DNA from: Azolla caroliniana
Lineage: Eukaryota > Plantae > Polypodiophyta
Assembly: GCA_043228905.1 (NCBI GenBank)
Contig: JBHGNT010000008.1
Location: 11,284,001 to 11,348,000, forward strand
Direction: 5' to 3'
DNA length: 64,000 bases
The notes below the pieces were generated by a model that did not search any database, was not told the DNA's origin, and saw only the letters and a list, made by a program, of their open reading frames with translations. The translations under genes were made by a program, and so were the position numbers. Shown here piece by piece: positions 1 through 11,910 of this stretch (positions are counted from its first letter, which is position 1; every line of letters begins with the position of its first letter).

Positions 1-566
1 CACAAGCACTTCGAGTGTCGACGCAATGAAGACGAGCACGTGGCGATGGGGGGGGTGAAGGGGTATGAGATGAAGAGAAGTGGTGAATAAGAAGATGAAT
101 AGTTTCGAAGGAAAATTGGCGATAGTTTCCTCCTCCCCAAAATGTCCTCCCGAATGAGCCCCCGTCGACCTCCTTTTATAGGAAAAAAAGAAGGGGGGGT
201 CGCCAAATTTGTCTTCAATGAAAAAGGAATAAAATTCCTTAAATCACGCTGCACTATAAGTCCAAATTCGAACTGTGCACCTCTAGCTAGTAGTCAATGT
301 GACTATCCATTAGCCCACTAACTCTCTTTTATATAATATATAATTCTATCTCTATAAATTCATAGCCTGACTCCCCTCTACCTTTTATCTCTCCTCTCTC
401 TTACTTTTTGCACGAGCTTCTATACCTCCTTTTCACCCTTTCTTTTCCTTTTTATTTTGCATATGCACAATTAATCGCTTTTGTGTGCACACACATTGCA
501 CATGCACATTTTTTACCCCCTCCTTTCACCGTTTTTTCTCACTCTCGAGCACGCCACATCACGACA
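1..566 (-). repeat. Element A 3' LTR (partial)
   Basis: Near-identical to about 12916-13481; ends ...ACGACA. Confidence 0.92.
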
Positions 567-586
567 TCCACCCCCACCAAACCGCA
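567..586 (-). promoter_or_regulatory. Element A PPT-like G-rich tract
   Basis: Minus strand GCGGTTTGGTGGGGGTGGA abuts the LTR; same motif in elements C and G. Confidence 0.75.
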
Positions 587-626
587 CATCCTCCGGTATG
601 TGCCAAGAATGGCGGGCTGAGGATGG

Positions 627-2305
627 TCAATAGTTCATTTCCTCCTCCTCATTGACCCAGCTTGTTGTTTGCTCGCCTTTATCTTCGTCAAGGTCATCGA
701 GGTTTGGCTCCCTATCGTGTCTCTTTTTGAAGATTTTGACCCGCTTTCCTGCTATTGGTACTGCCAGCTTAGTCCCATCGAGTTCAGCGAGGTGGTAGGT
801 AGCATTATCGTTTGCACTCATTACCACGTACGGCCCGAACCATCGCTTTGCGAATTTCCGCATCGAGCTATGTTGATTGTCGAGACTACTATCATATACA
901 ATCACCCTGTCTCCTTCTTCGATCTTCCGAGGGCGCAGTCGGTGTGTCTTGTCGAATCGGGCTTTGTTACTTAGCCAAGCCGCTTCTAACCTCTCCTTTG
1001 CCAACTCCAAGTCTTCGGGTCTTCTCTCAAGTTGCCTTATCCTTGTGGCTAGAAGCTCTTCTCGACTCATCTCGTTTTCCCATGGCATCGCTACCCATGA
1101 AGCGATCGTGTCTTCAATGGGCATCACCAGCTTTTGTCCGTACATGAGTTCAGCTGGCATGAAACCTGTAACTGAGCTATGAGTTGTTCTATCGACCCAC
1201 AAGGCATAACGTAGTAATTGAGGCCAATTCCCGACTCGCCCATCACAAGCTCGTACAATGGCTTTTACGATAGGCCCGTGTCCGCATTTTATCTTTCCAT
1301 TAGCCTCCGGGTTATAAGCGGTCGTGAGAGAGAGCTTCACTCCAAGTCGGTCAAAGAGCTCTGTAGCTTCGTGAGCGTTCAACTCTCCTCTGTCGGCCAC
1401 TATCTTTCCCACACATCCGTACTGGCAGATGACATCCTCGAGTAAGAATTTACACACCCCCACCGTTGTTTTGTTTGCTAAGGCTCGCCCTTCTACTTGG
1501 TTTGTTAGGTCTTCTCTTGCTAGCACCAAATATTTCATTTGGCCCACTCCCATCGGCATCGAAACCAAATCCACCATCCATTTGAAGTGTATGGTGAGTG
1601 GGTAGGTCAGGTGTAACTTGTCCCTATGGCGTATGTTGGAGTGTATCTGGCACCTTTCACACGTCCCCACGAAATGGGTGACATGCTTGTACGTTCCCAA
1701 TCCTGGCCACCAATACTTCTCCTTTAACTTCTCAAATGTTGCCCACGTTCCTCTATGGCCCGCCCAAGGACTCTCGTGGAACTCAGACACCAATGTTGTC
1801 TGGTCTTCTTCCTTTATGACCACTCGTTGTGGCGTCCCCGTCCTTCTCTTTGGGTGCCTCTAGAGGAATCCCCCTTGTAGGAAGTACTTGTACGCTTTCT
1901 TTTGGACTCTTTGTGCTTCCTGCTTCGACCATGAACTATCCACCGTCATTGAGCTTAAGAACTTGCCAATGTGTAGCCACTCCCCTTCGTATTCACTTGA
2001 TCATCTATAGACGCTTGGGCCATCTTAAAGAAGTCAAGAGCGAAATCCTCATCTTTAGATACCATGTCGCTTTCGCCCTCGAATCTTGCCCTCGATAGCA
2101 TATTTGCCATGGCATTGTTCTTCTCTGAAATGTGGTGAATCTCCGGGTTCATTGATTTGATGTAAGCAATCCACCTTAGAATAGCTAGGTCGGGTGTTGC
2201 ACATCCCGAAACCATCCCTAGGATTGGAAGGCAATCCGTCTCTATTACCACCTCTGACCCGATTAGGTAATCTTTATCCGCCTTTACTGCAGACACAATA
2301 CCCAA
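627..2305 (-). pseudogene. Element A RNase H C-terminus and integrase (broken frames)
   Basis: HHCC zinc finger (FHES..GH..CERC), DDE core (VDLV, VADRG, NPEANG), FGPY GPF/Y module; IETDCLPI RNase H. Confidence 0.9.
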
Positions 2306-2337
2306 AGCTCACGTTTTACTTGGGCGTATCCTCGTTG

Positions 2338-4119
2338 TCACTTGCTTAAGACCTTGGCTCCGAACCGGATGGCGTACCGTGTACCATCCTCTCCTTCTTG
2401 GTTTATGACCCATCCGATCCCTGTTGGACTTGTATCTACCGTCACGTAGATGGGCACCCCTTCCTTGTATAAAGCTTTTCGTAAAGCTGGTGCTGCTACC
2501 AACATTCCTTTGAGCCTCTTCATTGCCTTTGTGTGCTCTTCCTCCCACTTGAACTTCCGCCCCTTCTTGAGTAGCCCATACAAGGGCTCGGCTAGGTGAG
2601 CATAGTGCAGGATCCAGATGTGGTAGAATGCACAAGCACCAAGAAATCGCCTCACCTTTGTTTGCGATTTACATTCTTCCCTCATGTCTGTGATGGCGTC
2701 CACCTTTGCCGGGGACGGCTTCCGTCCGTACGCCCTGCACAAGTGTCCCACCACAAGGATCTCCAGTTGGCCGAATGCCGATTTCTCACCCGAGAAGGTC
2801 AAGCGTGCATCTTCGAGTCTTTGTAGAACCTTCTCGCAATCGGAGATGTGATATGCCACAAAACGTCTGCACCCATCCTCATCCAAGGTTTCATCTTTCT
2901 CCGCTTCAGAGCACCCTTTTATGGGGATGTCATCGAGGAACGGCATGGTGATGTCGAGGATGCAATCTCTCAATACCTTGTTCATTGCATTTACCATGTG
3001 GGCTACAAAGTTAGTGCCTCCTTGTGGCAATCCTTGTGGCAAGGTACACATTCGCACTAGGTCGATAGGGGATCCGCATCGTTGTGATGTCCCTACTCTC
3101 CACAGCTAGTTGGAATTGATCATACCCCGAGTATAGATCGCCGATCGAATCAATAGACCTTCCAGCGAAGGCCTCGGCAAATTCTTCAATGCTCGGTCCG
3201 ACCCTAGTATTTCGAATTGTCACTTGATTAACAGGTTATAGGTCCTGGATGAAGCGTAATGTGTCGTTCTTCTTTGGCACAGTGAACCACCGATTCGAGT
3301 ATGGGGAGCTTGATGGCTCGAGGATACCCATCTCAATCTTTTCCTTGAGTAGCTCAATCAACTTCGGGATGTGAGCTCTCGGAATGGGGATTGGCTTGAT
3401 GTTCCACGATACATGCGGCACCGTAAAGATCACCATTGGCTCCACGATCTTAGGGTTTACAAACCCCCTATCTCACATGACGAGAAGGCGAAAGCCCTTC
3501 TGTGGCTTTCAATCATCCTTCTAAATCTTTCCTCCTCCCTAGGCAATAGGAAGCCACCCCCACCAATCCGGAGCTTTTGTCGCGTCTCGTCGGTGAACCG
3601 GTGCCCTATGCCTCGTGGGTCCCGCAAGCTAGGATCAACCGCTACCCCCTTTATCCAATCCTAACTATCGTTAAGCAATGGGGCAGCCACAGGCTTCACC
3701 TTCTTGTCCATGGTCTTGTACTTTGTTTGCACCTTGACCGTCCTCGCTTCCTCAATCAACTGCCCAAGCTCTTCGATGGCGGTGTACATGTCAACTGAGT
3801 TGACTGGAATTACCTTGTCTTCATTGAGGCTCGAAATGATTACCCTCTCCATCTCTCTGAGAGTGTCGTCGAACGAGACCGCCTCCATGGTGCCGCTTAT
3901 GGTGTCATCTTCCCCCAATAAATTACATTGTTTGAGATACCTTTCGTATCTTTTGGCCCTAGACTTATCTCTATCACTTAAACTAGTAATTTTACAAGCT
4001 CCATTTTCGGAGAACCAAAATTGTTTCCTATTACATTTAATAGTTTTACAAGGGTTTAGGGTCTTAGTTTGCCTCGGGCTATTGCGGCCCCACTCTTTAA
4101 TAGCCCGAATAAAAAATCC
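2338..4119 (-). pseudogene. Element A pol N-terminus, reverse transcriptase and RNase H start (stops/frameshifts)
   Basis: DLYSGYDQF, LPQG, FLDD, RRFLGAC and VTVDTSPTGIG motifs spread over several ORF fragments. Confidence 0.9.
4056..4119 (-). promoter_or_regulatory. Predicted -1 programmed ribosomal frameshift signal (element A)
   Basis: G GAU UUU followed by stem UCGGGCUAUU/AAUAGCCCGA with GUGGGG in the loop. Confidence 0.75.
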
Positions 4120-5952
4120 TCTCGGCTATCCCCTTTGGGGGAGGCTCGATTGCGCTCATGGTTGGCCCTCACCATAAGGAATTGGACCGAATGCTTCCCA
4201 TCTTGGCTGTTGACCCTCGCATATGCTGACCCGTTTGTCTAGCACCTTCATCTCCATGCGAGCCGCCGTGATGTATGGTTCACCCAAGATGACCGGGTGC
4301 GAGGACGTCTCTTGAACAAAGAAATGTTTATCTATTTCTACGTCCCCCACCTTCACACGTACATTCGGGCAAGCCCTGTATAGCTCCTCGGTTGCTCGGG
4401 TCGCCGCTCTAATCTTCCACCCGTGCTTCATGTTGATCGGCCACTTTCCCTTTTTATAAAAGTCCATGGACATAAGGTTGATCTCAGAGCCATGGTCGAT
4501 CAATGCTACAACCGGCTCTTTTACATCTCCGACCCGTACCGGTGTCTCCGTTGTCGCTCTCGCCTAATGCGGCCTCGTGTAGTGACTGTCCGCATAGTCT
4601 TCGTCTTCCTCGGGAACCTCAGTTGACAATGCATTTACAATCGCGGGCTTTGCCACTTCTTGCTCCGTCAAGAGCCGCTTTCTCTTCATTAGGTCGATGA
4701 TGACCTCGTGGAATTCTTTCTTGGCAATTCTGGGGACCTCTCGCAGAGTAAAGTCTACGCCACTATCGAGGATCCTCTCCTCCACTACCTTCTTCAAGTC
4801 CATTGCTTGTTCGATCTGCAAGCAAAGCTTGAAGTTGGGGGGGTTCCCCTTCTCTTTCCATCTTTCGTTGCGTGCTTGAGACAGGTTCGGCTCTTCCCTT
4901 CTTCGTGCACCTCGAGTGTCATATTTCCTTGATGGACCGACTCCCTCGTCATTTCCTACCTTCTTCTCTTCTACCATTACTTCGTAGTTTTGGCAAACGG
5001 CTTCCACTAAGGCTGTCTTTTCTTCCACCGGATCCTTCCACCCAGTTGCTTCTTGGACCCTTCTTTCCGCTTCGTCCGCTTCGTCCGCTTCTTCTCTTTT
5101 GAACTTCCCCTTAGAGAGGCTTCCAAGGATTGATGGCCAAAAGTCAAACTCTTTCTTCTCTTGCCTCCTCACCTCTTTCCCCACTCGGATTCCAGCCGAC
5201 GCCGAGTAGTGGACGGCTTCAACATGTCGTGCTTCGGCCTCCTCCATTAGCCTTCTCATGCCCCCTAGGCCTTGATTCAATCCCAAGGGACGCCTTGTCT
5301 CTATCGAATAGACCCTATTGTTCCAAAGATAGACAATATCCTTTCTTAGGGCCTCTTGAAAGTCTCCACACTCCCTTCGTAGGTGGTCGGGGTTGTTGCA
5401 CCACATACATCTTTGCGTGAACAGGGGATGTCGATCTTGAGGGCCGCCACTCTCTCTCCTAGCTTGCGCTATTTGGAGATCTCGCACCATCTTTGTGAGC
5501 TTGTCTATTGCCGACCCTCCCGACGGTGCTTCAACCATGTTTCTCTCGGGGACGAACCTTGCATTTGCATGCTCTCTTTCGTGAGGTATTCTACCACCCC
5601 TGGGTTCGTGTGTCTCACTAATGGAGCCTGTGGATGTTTGGCTGCTCAATGGAGACCCGTCATTCCATTCCCTTCTCTTATCGAAGCGGCTACAAACCCG
5701 TTTTACCATAGCCCAATCTGTCGTGAGCCCATCATCGGTTTCGAGGAGGGACCCCACCTTCTCTCGATCTCGTGCATCAACAATCTTTATGAATAGTAGG
5801 ACCTTGCTTGTGTCAAGCACCATCCTATCGAGCCTTGAGAGTCGCGTGAAGCGTTTCTCAAATTCTTGTAAAAGTACCATAGTATTTCTCCCCTTGCCGG
5901 GAAGCTCAACCCACTCCATTAGATCCCTTTTCAAAATTCTAAGTGAGTCATC
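4120..5952 (-). pseudogene. Element A gag (3' part) and aspartic protease
   Basis: CMWCNNPDHLRREC zinc knuckle; IDHGSEINL and ILGEPY protease motifs; homologous to ORF 53494-55620. Confidence 0.88.
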
Positions 5953-6763
5953 TGACGAGAACACAACGCTCCTTATGCGCAACGCTCGGCCACAACCGAG
6001 CTTAGAATGATACACAGTAAAACGGGAAATAAAACACGACACAAAGAAGAAGAAGATACACAGGAGGTTTACGTGGAAAACCCCAAACTAGGGGGAAAAC
6101 CCACGGCAGCCCACAGGCTGCAAACTGTCACTATGTAAGAATGTACAACAGTGAGTTCACTGAGGCAACGACCTCGTGCTCACGATCTTCGCCACAGGCG
6201 GCGCTTACAATAGAGGCAACGACCTCTTTCTCTCTCTCTCTCTCTGTACACTGTTACGTACTCTCTCTTCTTCTTACCCCAACAAAGAATGACAACTACA
6301 ACAACAATATAAAAGTTTGCCCTAAGTCATATTTATACTAATCTGATTTTTTGGCTATTTACAAATATAGCCTCGATGGACTCTCAGAAAAATATTTACG
6401 AATATGTCTCTTCATCCGGTTCTCACCGGGTCTGTACCATTCGATTCTCCGTAACCGGGTAATCCTCATCCGGTCTTCACCGGGTCTGTATCATCCGGCT
6501 CTCCGTAGCCGGGTACTCCTCATCCGGTCTTCACCGGGTCTGCATCATCCGGCTCTCCGTAGCCGGGTACTCCTCATCCGGTCTTCGCCGGGTCTGCATC
6601 ATCCGGCTCTCCGTAGCCGGGTACTCCTCATCCGGTCTTCCCCGGGTCTGCATCATCCGGCTCTCCGTAGCCGGGTCCACCTCATACGGTTTCGGCCTCG
6701 ACCGAGTTTGTTCATCAGCACTGTTCTTCTCCCTTCCCATCCGGAGGGACCAGTCTCCCAACA
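5953..6763 (-). repeat. Element B 3' LTR, with about five 54-bp tandem repeats (about 6416-6685)
   Basis: TGACG...CAACA; unit CCGGTCTTCACCGGGTCTGCATCATCCGGCTCTCCGTAGCCGGGTACTCCTCAT; PPT GAAGGGGGAGTT at 6764-6775. Confidence 0.93.
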
Positions 6764-6773
6764 AACTCCCCCT

Positions 6774-8936
6774 TCACTCCGGCATGGGATGTCTTACCAG
6801 TCCGATTCTCTTCAGGCATGCATCCAGCTTGTCGGGTATCAACACTTTGGTCAGCATATCTGACCCGTTCTCGGCTGTGTGGATCTTCATCAGCGCAAAC
6901 TCCTGGTCATCTACTCTTTCCCGGATCCATTGGTACCTCCGCTGGATATGCTTCGTCCGGGAATGGTAGGCTGCATTCTTAGCAAGATGGATGGCACTTT
7001 GACTGTGGCAATAGAGTCGGTATTCATCTTGCCGGATACCGAGCTCTCCGATGAAGTCCTTCATCCATAATATTTCCTTGCTGGCTTCCACAGCCGCCAT
7101 GTACTCCACCTCCGTAGTTGACAATGCAACCGTCTTCTGCAGCCTCGACTGCCACGAAACAACTCCCCCTGCATATGTCATTACATACCCGGATGTAGGC
7201 TGGCTGGTATCCACATCAGTCGACATGTCCGAATCGGTGAAACCGTCCAGTTGAGGTTTTCCTGAGCCGAATCGAAGACACATATTTGAAGTGCCCTTTA
7301 AATACTGGAGTATCCACTTGACCGCGTACCAGTGCTCCTTGCCGGGATTGCTCATAAACCGGCTCACCACTCCGACTGCGTATCCTATATCCGGTCGGGT
7401 ACACACCATTGCGTACATCAAGCTCCCGACGGTAGAGGCATATGGAATCTTCATCATATCCGCCTTCTCTGCTTTCGTCTTTGGGCTTTGCTTACCGGAT
7501 AGCTTGCAGTTTGCCGGAAGTCTCGATCCGACCGGTTTTGCATCTGACATGTTGAACCGGTGAAGCACCTTTGTCACGTACTTGTCCTGTGACAGCCATA
7601 ATTGCTTCGCTGATCGGTTCCGGATGATGTGCATCCCTAGCATTTGCCTTGCCGGACCCAAGTCTTTCATTGAGAAGGTCCGGTTGAGAGCCTTCTTCAG
7701 CATCCGTATTTTGACTTGGTCCCGTCCGACGATCAACATGTCGTCCACGTACAGAAGGAGTATCAGGAAGTTGCCTCCTTCGAACTTCTTCACAAACACG
7801 CAGTGATCGGCCTGCGTCTTGTGGTACCCTTGATCAGCCATGAAGGAATCGAACTTCCGGTACCATTGTCGGGGGGCCTGCTTTAACCCGTAGAGGCTCT
7901 TCTTCAACCGGCAAACCAAGTACTCCTTCCCTTTCTCCACGAATCCTTCCGGTTGCTGCATGTAGATCTCCTCTTCGAGGTCACCATGAAGGAATTCCGT
8001 CTTCACGTCTAGCTCCTCTACCTCGAGGTCCATGCTTGCCACCATACTTAGCACCATCCGGATGGAGGTCATCTTTACTACCGGGGCAAATATCTCGTCG
8101 AAGTCCACGCCCTTCTTCTGCTGGAACCCCTTCACCACGATCCTGGCTTTGTATCTCGGGGGGTTGCCGGCATCTCCCTGTTTCAACTTGTACACCCACT
8201 TGTTTCGGAGGGCCCGCTTTCCTTTCGGCAACTCCACCAATTCGTACGTATGGTTCTCATGCAGGGAATCCATCTCATCCTGCATGGCACTTAACCATTT
8301 TCGGTTGTGGGTGTCATCCTCCGCTTCTTCGAAGCTTTCCGGCTCTCCCTCATCAGTCAGCAGGACATGCTCTACATCCGGAAATCTCCGGGGGCTCCTT
8401 CTCTTTCTGAGAGGATATCTCTGTCTTTGGGCTTCGGTAGCCCGCTCCTCCATTTGCTCTTCATCCGAATCCGATTCGGGGTCTTGGCCGGTTCCGGTCT
8501 CAGCTTCCTCTACCTCTTCTTCTGCCGGTTTGGTATCCTCACCGTAACCGGCTGGTCCCTCGAGTGCTAACCGGTCTCTTGCCGGTTGGGTCTGCTCATC
8601 GTAGAGTCGATCCTTACCGGTCGACTCGGAGTTCATTATCTTCTCCTCCGACTCCCAGTCGGTGAGCGTCTTGTTCTCCATGAAGATAATATCTCGACTC
8701 CGGAATACCTTCTTGTCGACCAGGTCCCACACTCGGTAGCCGAACTCATCGTCACCGTAACCGAGGAATATGCATGGCCGGGTCTTTGGATCTAACTTTC
8801 CTCTCCGGTCCTTAGCTACATGCACGTACGCGATACACCCGAACACCTTTAGATGCTGGTAGGATACTTCCTTACCGGTCCACACTCTCTGTGGCGTGTC
8901 TCCGTCCAAGGGTATTGAGGGTGATCTATTTATCAC
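6774..8936 (-). CDS. Element B integrase C-terminus, reverse transcriptase and RNase H
   Basis: [45 protein letters not shown] motifs. Confidence 0.93.
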   Translation of the reverse strand: MINRSPSIPLDGDTPQRVWTGKEVSYQHLKVFGCIAYVHVAKDRRGKLDPKTRPCIFLGYGDDEFGYRVWDLVDKKVFRSRDIIFMENKTLTDWESEEKIMNSESTGKDRLYDEQTQPARDRLALEGPAGYGEDTKPAEEEVEEAETGTGQDPESDSDEEQMEERATEAQRQRYPLRKRRSPRRFPDVEHVLLTDEGEPESFEEAEDDTHNRKWLSAMQDEMDSLHENHTYELVELPKGKRALRNKWVYKLKQGDAGNPPRYKARIVVKGFQQKKGVDFDEIFAPVVKMTSIRMVLSMVASMDLEVEELDVKTEFLHGDLEEEIYMQQPEGFVEKGKEYLVCRLKKSLYGLKQAPRQWYRKFDSFMADQGYHKTQADHCVFVKKFEGGNFLILLLYVDDMLIVGRDQVKIRMLKKALNRTFSMKDLGPARQMLGMHIIRNRSAKQLWLSQDKYVTKVLHRFNMSDAKPVGSRLPANCKLSGKQSPKTKAEKADMMKIPYASTVGSLMYAMVCTRPDIGYAVGVVSRFMSNPGKEHWYAVKWILQYLKGTSNMCLRFGSGKPQLDGFTDSDMSTDVDTSQPTSGYVMTYAGGVVSWQSRLQKTVALSTTEVEYMAAVEASKEILWMKDFIGELGIRQDEYRLYCHSQSAIHLAKNAAYHSRTKHIQRRYQWIRERVDDQEFALMKIHTAENGSDMLTKVLIPDKLDACLKRIGLVRHPMPE

Positions 8937-8963
8937 ATATGTCGCCGTCGACAGTGCCTCAGC

Positions 8964-9959
8964 TCAAAACTTCTTGGGTAGTTTTGCATGCGCTAGCATA
9001 CTCCGGACCCTCTCCATTATGGTCCGGTTCATCCTCTCAGCCAGCCCGTTTAGTTCCGACGTCTTCGGCACGGTAAATTCAAGCCAGATTCCCTTCGAGC
9101 GGCAGTACTCCTCGAACTGTCCCCGGTATTCTCCTCCGTTATCTGCTCGAACCGCCTTCAACTTCTGGCGAGTTTCTCTTTCCACTCTCGCGTGGAGCTC
9201 TTTGAAGACGGATAACACCTGATCCTTCGTCTTCAGCGGTGTGGCCCACAGCTTCCAGCTATGGTCATCTATGAACGTCACGAAGTACTGCGCTGCGGCA
9301 TGTGACTTCGTGTCTACTGGACACACATCCGTATGCACCAACTCCAGTGGTGCATTACGTCTCATCGGTGGCCTTGATCGGAAGGAGGTCCGGTTTTGCT
9401 TACCGGCCAAACAGTCAGTGCACTTCTCCAAGTGCACGTTCTTCACTGGAATGAGGTTATCGTCTGCAAGCCTCTTCATCCCCTTCTCGCTCATATGACA
9501 CAGCCTCTTGTGCCACAGCTCACCGGTAGTGTCGGATGCCACGTTCACTTCTTCCAAACATAACCGGGCATTCATCAGGTACAGGGTGTTGACCTTCCGG
9601 GCCCGAGTCACAATCAGGCTCCCCTTGCTAAACTTCATGACACTGTTTCGGATGCTACGCGTGTAGCCTTCATCATCTAGCCGACCGGCTGATATCAGGT
9701 TTAGACGAACTTCCGGAATGTGTCGGACATCCCTCAGCAGCAACTTGCATCCGGTTGGTGTTGACAGCCACACGTCTCCTATGCCGACAATTCGACATGT
9801 ACCTTCATTCCCCATCCGGACACAGCCGTGATCACCGGCTGAGTAGGATGAGAAGCATTTCCGGTCCGGGGTAAGGTGGAACGACGCTCCGGAGTCTACC
9901 ACCCAGGTCATCTCGTCGTCAGCAAGGTTTATCTCACTCTCCTCGGTGATGAGCATCAA
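8964..9959 (-). pseudogene. Element B protease, GAG-pre-integrase and integrase (frameshifted against flanking ORFs)
   Basis: WVVDSGASFH, LWHKRLCH, VHTD, RADNGGEY, NGLAERMNRT. Confidence 0.92.
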
Positions 9960-10810
9960 CTCCTCTTCACTTGCCGCGATTGCCGTCGTCCCCTTCCGAT
10001 CCGGCCCCCTCCGGTCTTTACCGTTCCGGTCCGGGGTCCGCTTCGAATCGGTACCGTCGGTCTCCTTATCTTTTCGGAAATGCCGATAGTTCTTTTGGAA
10101 GTGTCCCAGCTTGCCCCAATAGAAGCAAGTGGGCCTCCCCCTTGACTTTGACCGTGTCCCCGACTTCTCCCGGTTCTAGGGACTACAATTTCTATGTCTT
10201 CCGCGTTCCGATTTGGTAAGGAGCGCTTTGGAGTCAGAGCTCGTATCCGACGCGCCTCCTCATCTAGCAGGCTCGACTTCACTCTTGCTAGGGATAACCG
10301 CTTTCCTTCCGGCCCGGCGTTGCCCAAAGTGACAACCAACGTCTCCCAGCTGTCCGGGAGGGAACCGAGCAGGAGTAGTGCAAGTACCTCATTGGCGAGA
10401 GGTACTTCCAATGAATTTGCCTTGTGGATCAGCCCCTGGAAGGCATTCATGTGCTCCGCCATGCTGCATCCATCTTGGTACCGGAGTCTTACTAGCTTCC
10501 GGAATACCGACACCTGATTAACAACATTTTTGTTCTGAAACATTATGCCGATCTTCTCCCAGAGCTCATGAGCCTTGCTCTCTTCATTGAAGTTGTTGTA
10601 CAGGCTCATGTCGATGAAGCACCGTATGTACGCCGTTGTCTTCGTGTGCATCACCTCCCATATCGCGGCGTCGATTTTGTCCGGTCTGTTGTCCCCGAAC
10701 TGAACCGGCAGCCAGAGGTCTTTAACCATGAGCATGTCCCTCATCTTCGACTTCCACATTGAATAGTTGGAGCCGGTGAGCTTGAACATGCCGCCAAACG
10801 ATTCGTCCAT
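9956..10810 (-). pseudogene. Element B gag (frameshift near the C-terminus)
   Basis: KLTGSNYSMW and LLLGSLPDSWETLV Copia gag motifs. Confidence 0.9.
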
Positions 10811-10825
10811 TTTCTGTGTCGTTTC

Positions 10826-10837
10826 GCTCTGATACCA
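10826..10837 (-). promoter_or_regulatory. Element B primer-binding site, tRNA-iMet
   Basis: TGGTATCAGAGC on the minus strand, 2 nt from the LTR. Confidence 0.95.
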
Positions 10838-10839
10838 CT

Positions 10840-11564
10840 TGACGGGAACTCAACGCTCCTTATGCACAATGCTCGGCCACAACCGAGATTCTTTTCATAC
10901 ACAGAAAATAGGAAACGAAAACACGCGACACAAAGGAGAGAAAAGGGTACACAGAATGTTTACGTGGAAAGCCCAAAGAGGGAAAAACCACGGCAACCCA
11001 CAACTGCAAACTATCACTAAGTTGGAATGTACAAAACAATGAGTTCACGAAGGCAACGACCTCGTGCTCACAATCTTCGCCACAGGCGGCGGTTACAACA
11101 GAGGCAACGACCTCTTTCTCTCTCTCTCTCTGTACACTGTTACGTGCTCTCTCTTCTTCTTGCACCAACAAGAAAATGACAACAACAACTACTAGTTTGC
11201 CCTAAGTCATATTTATACTAATATGACTTTTCGGCTATTTACAAATATAGCCTCGATGGACTATCAGAAACATATTTACGAATATGTCTCTTCATCCGGT
11301 TCTCCGTAGCCGGGTACTCCTCATCCGGTCTTCACGGGGTCTGCATCATCCGGCTCGCCATAGCCGGGTACTCCTCATCCGGTTCATACCGGGTCTGCAC
11401 CATCCGGCCCTTCGTAGCCGGGTACTCCTCATCCGGTCTTCACCGGGTCTGTATCATCCGGCTCTCCGTAGCCGGGTACTCCTCATCCGGTTTCGGCCTC
11501 GGCCGAGTTTGTTCATCGGCATTGTTCTTCTCCCTTCCCATCCGGAGGGACCTGTCTCCCAACA
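10840..11564 (-). repeat. Element B 5' LTR (fewer 54-bp repeats than the 3' LTR)
   Basis: Homologous to 5953-6763. Confidence 0.93.
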
Positions 11565-11865
11565 TCATCAAGGTTGTACTTCTCGAGGAACTCCACCCAA
11601 TTGTAACAGTCTGCTTGGATCTCGAGTACCTCCGCGTGGATACTCGGGGTTACCACTTTAGCGAGTCCGGTTAGCCGCCTATCTTCAGGGACGTTTCGCA
11701 TAAGCATTTCGGCCTTATAGGCATCAAAGTAGCTCGTGATATCTCTTCCATTGAACCAACCTGTTGTGCTAACCACCGTCTCTATGGCCCGGTAATGCCT
11801 TCTCGGGCATTTACCAAGCCGTCCACCACAGCCGCCATCACTTCAGCGAGTTCTCCTCCTCGCAT
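11565..11865 (-). pseudogene. Element A gag 5' part
   Basis: GWFNGRDITSYFDAYKAEML matches G gag GQFNGKDVSRYLQDYKAEML; rejoins 5952 across the TSD. Confidence 0.85.
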
Positions 11866-11888
11866 CTTGGTTCTCCCTTGCCGCCCTT

Positions 11889-11905
11889 TCACGTCGGGTT
11901 CACCA
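11889..11905 (-). promoter_or_regulatory. Element A primer-binding site, tRNA-Trp
   Basis: TGGTGAACCCGACGTGA is complementary to the plant tRNA-Trp 3' end (recalled as TCACGTCGGGTTCA-CCA). Confidence 0.85.
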
Positions 11906-11910
11906 ATTTA

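Larger units (their letters stand above)
5953..11564 (-). mobile_element. Element B: full-length Ty1/Copia LTR retrotransposon (Tnt1/Tork-like) inserted in gag of A
   Basis: TG...CA LTRs, 5-bp TSD TCATC at 5948-5952 and 11565-11569, Met PBS, PPT, gag-PR-INT-RT-RH order. Confidence 0.96.

Noticed and set aside
4564-6042. 492-aa ORF as a complete gene
   Set aside because: Its start lies in the B LTR; the true gag start is near 11865.
6351-6863. Repetitive 170-aa ORF (also 11284-11661 and 12017-12674)
   Set aside because: Translation by-products of LTR tandem repeats.
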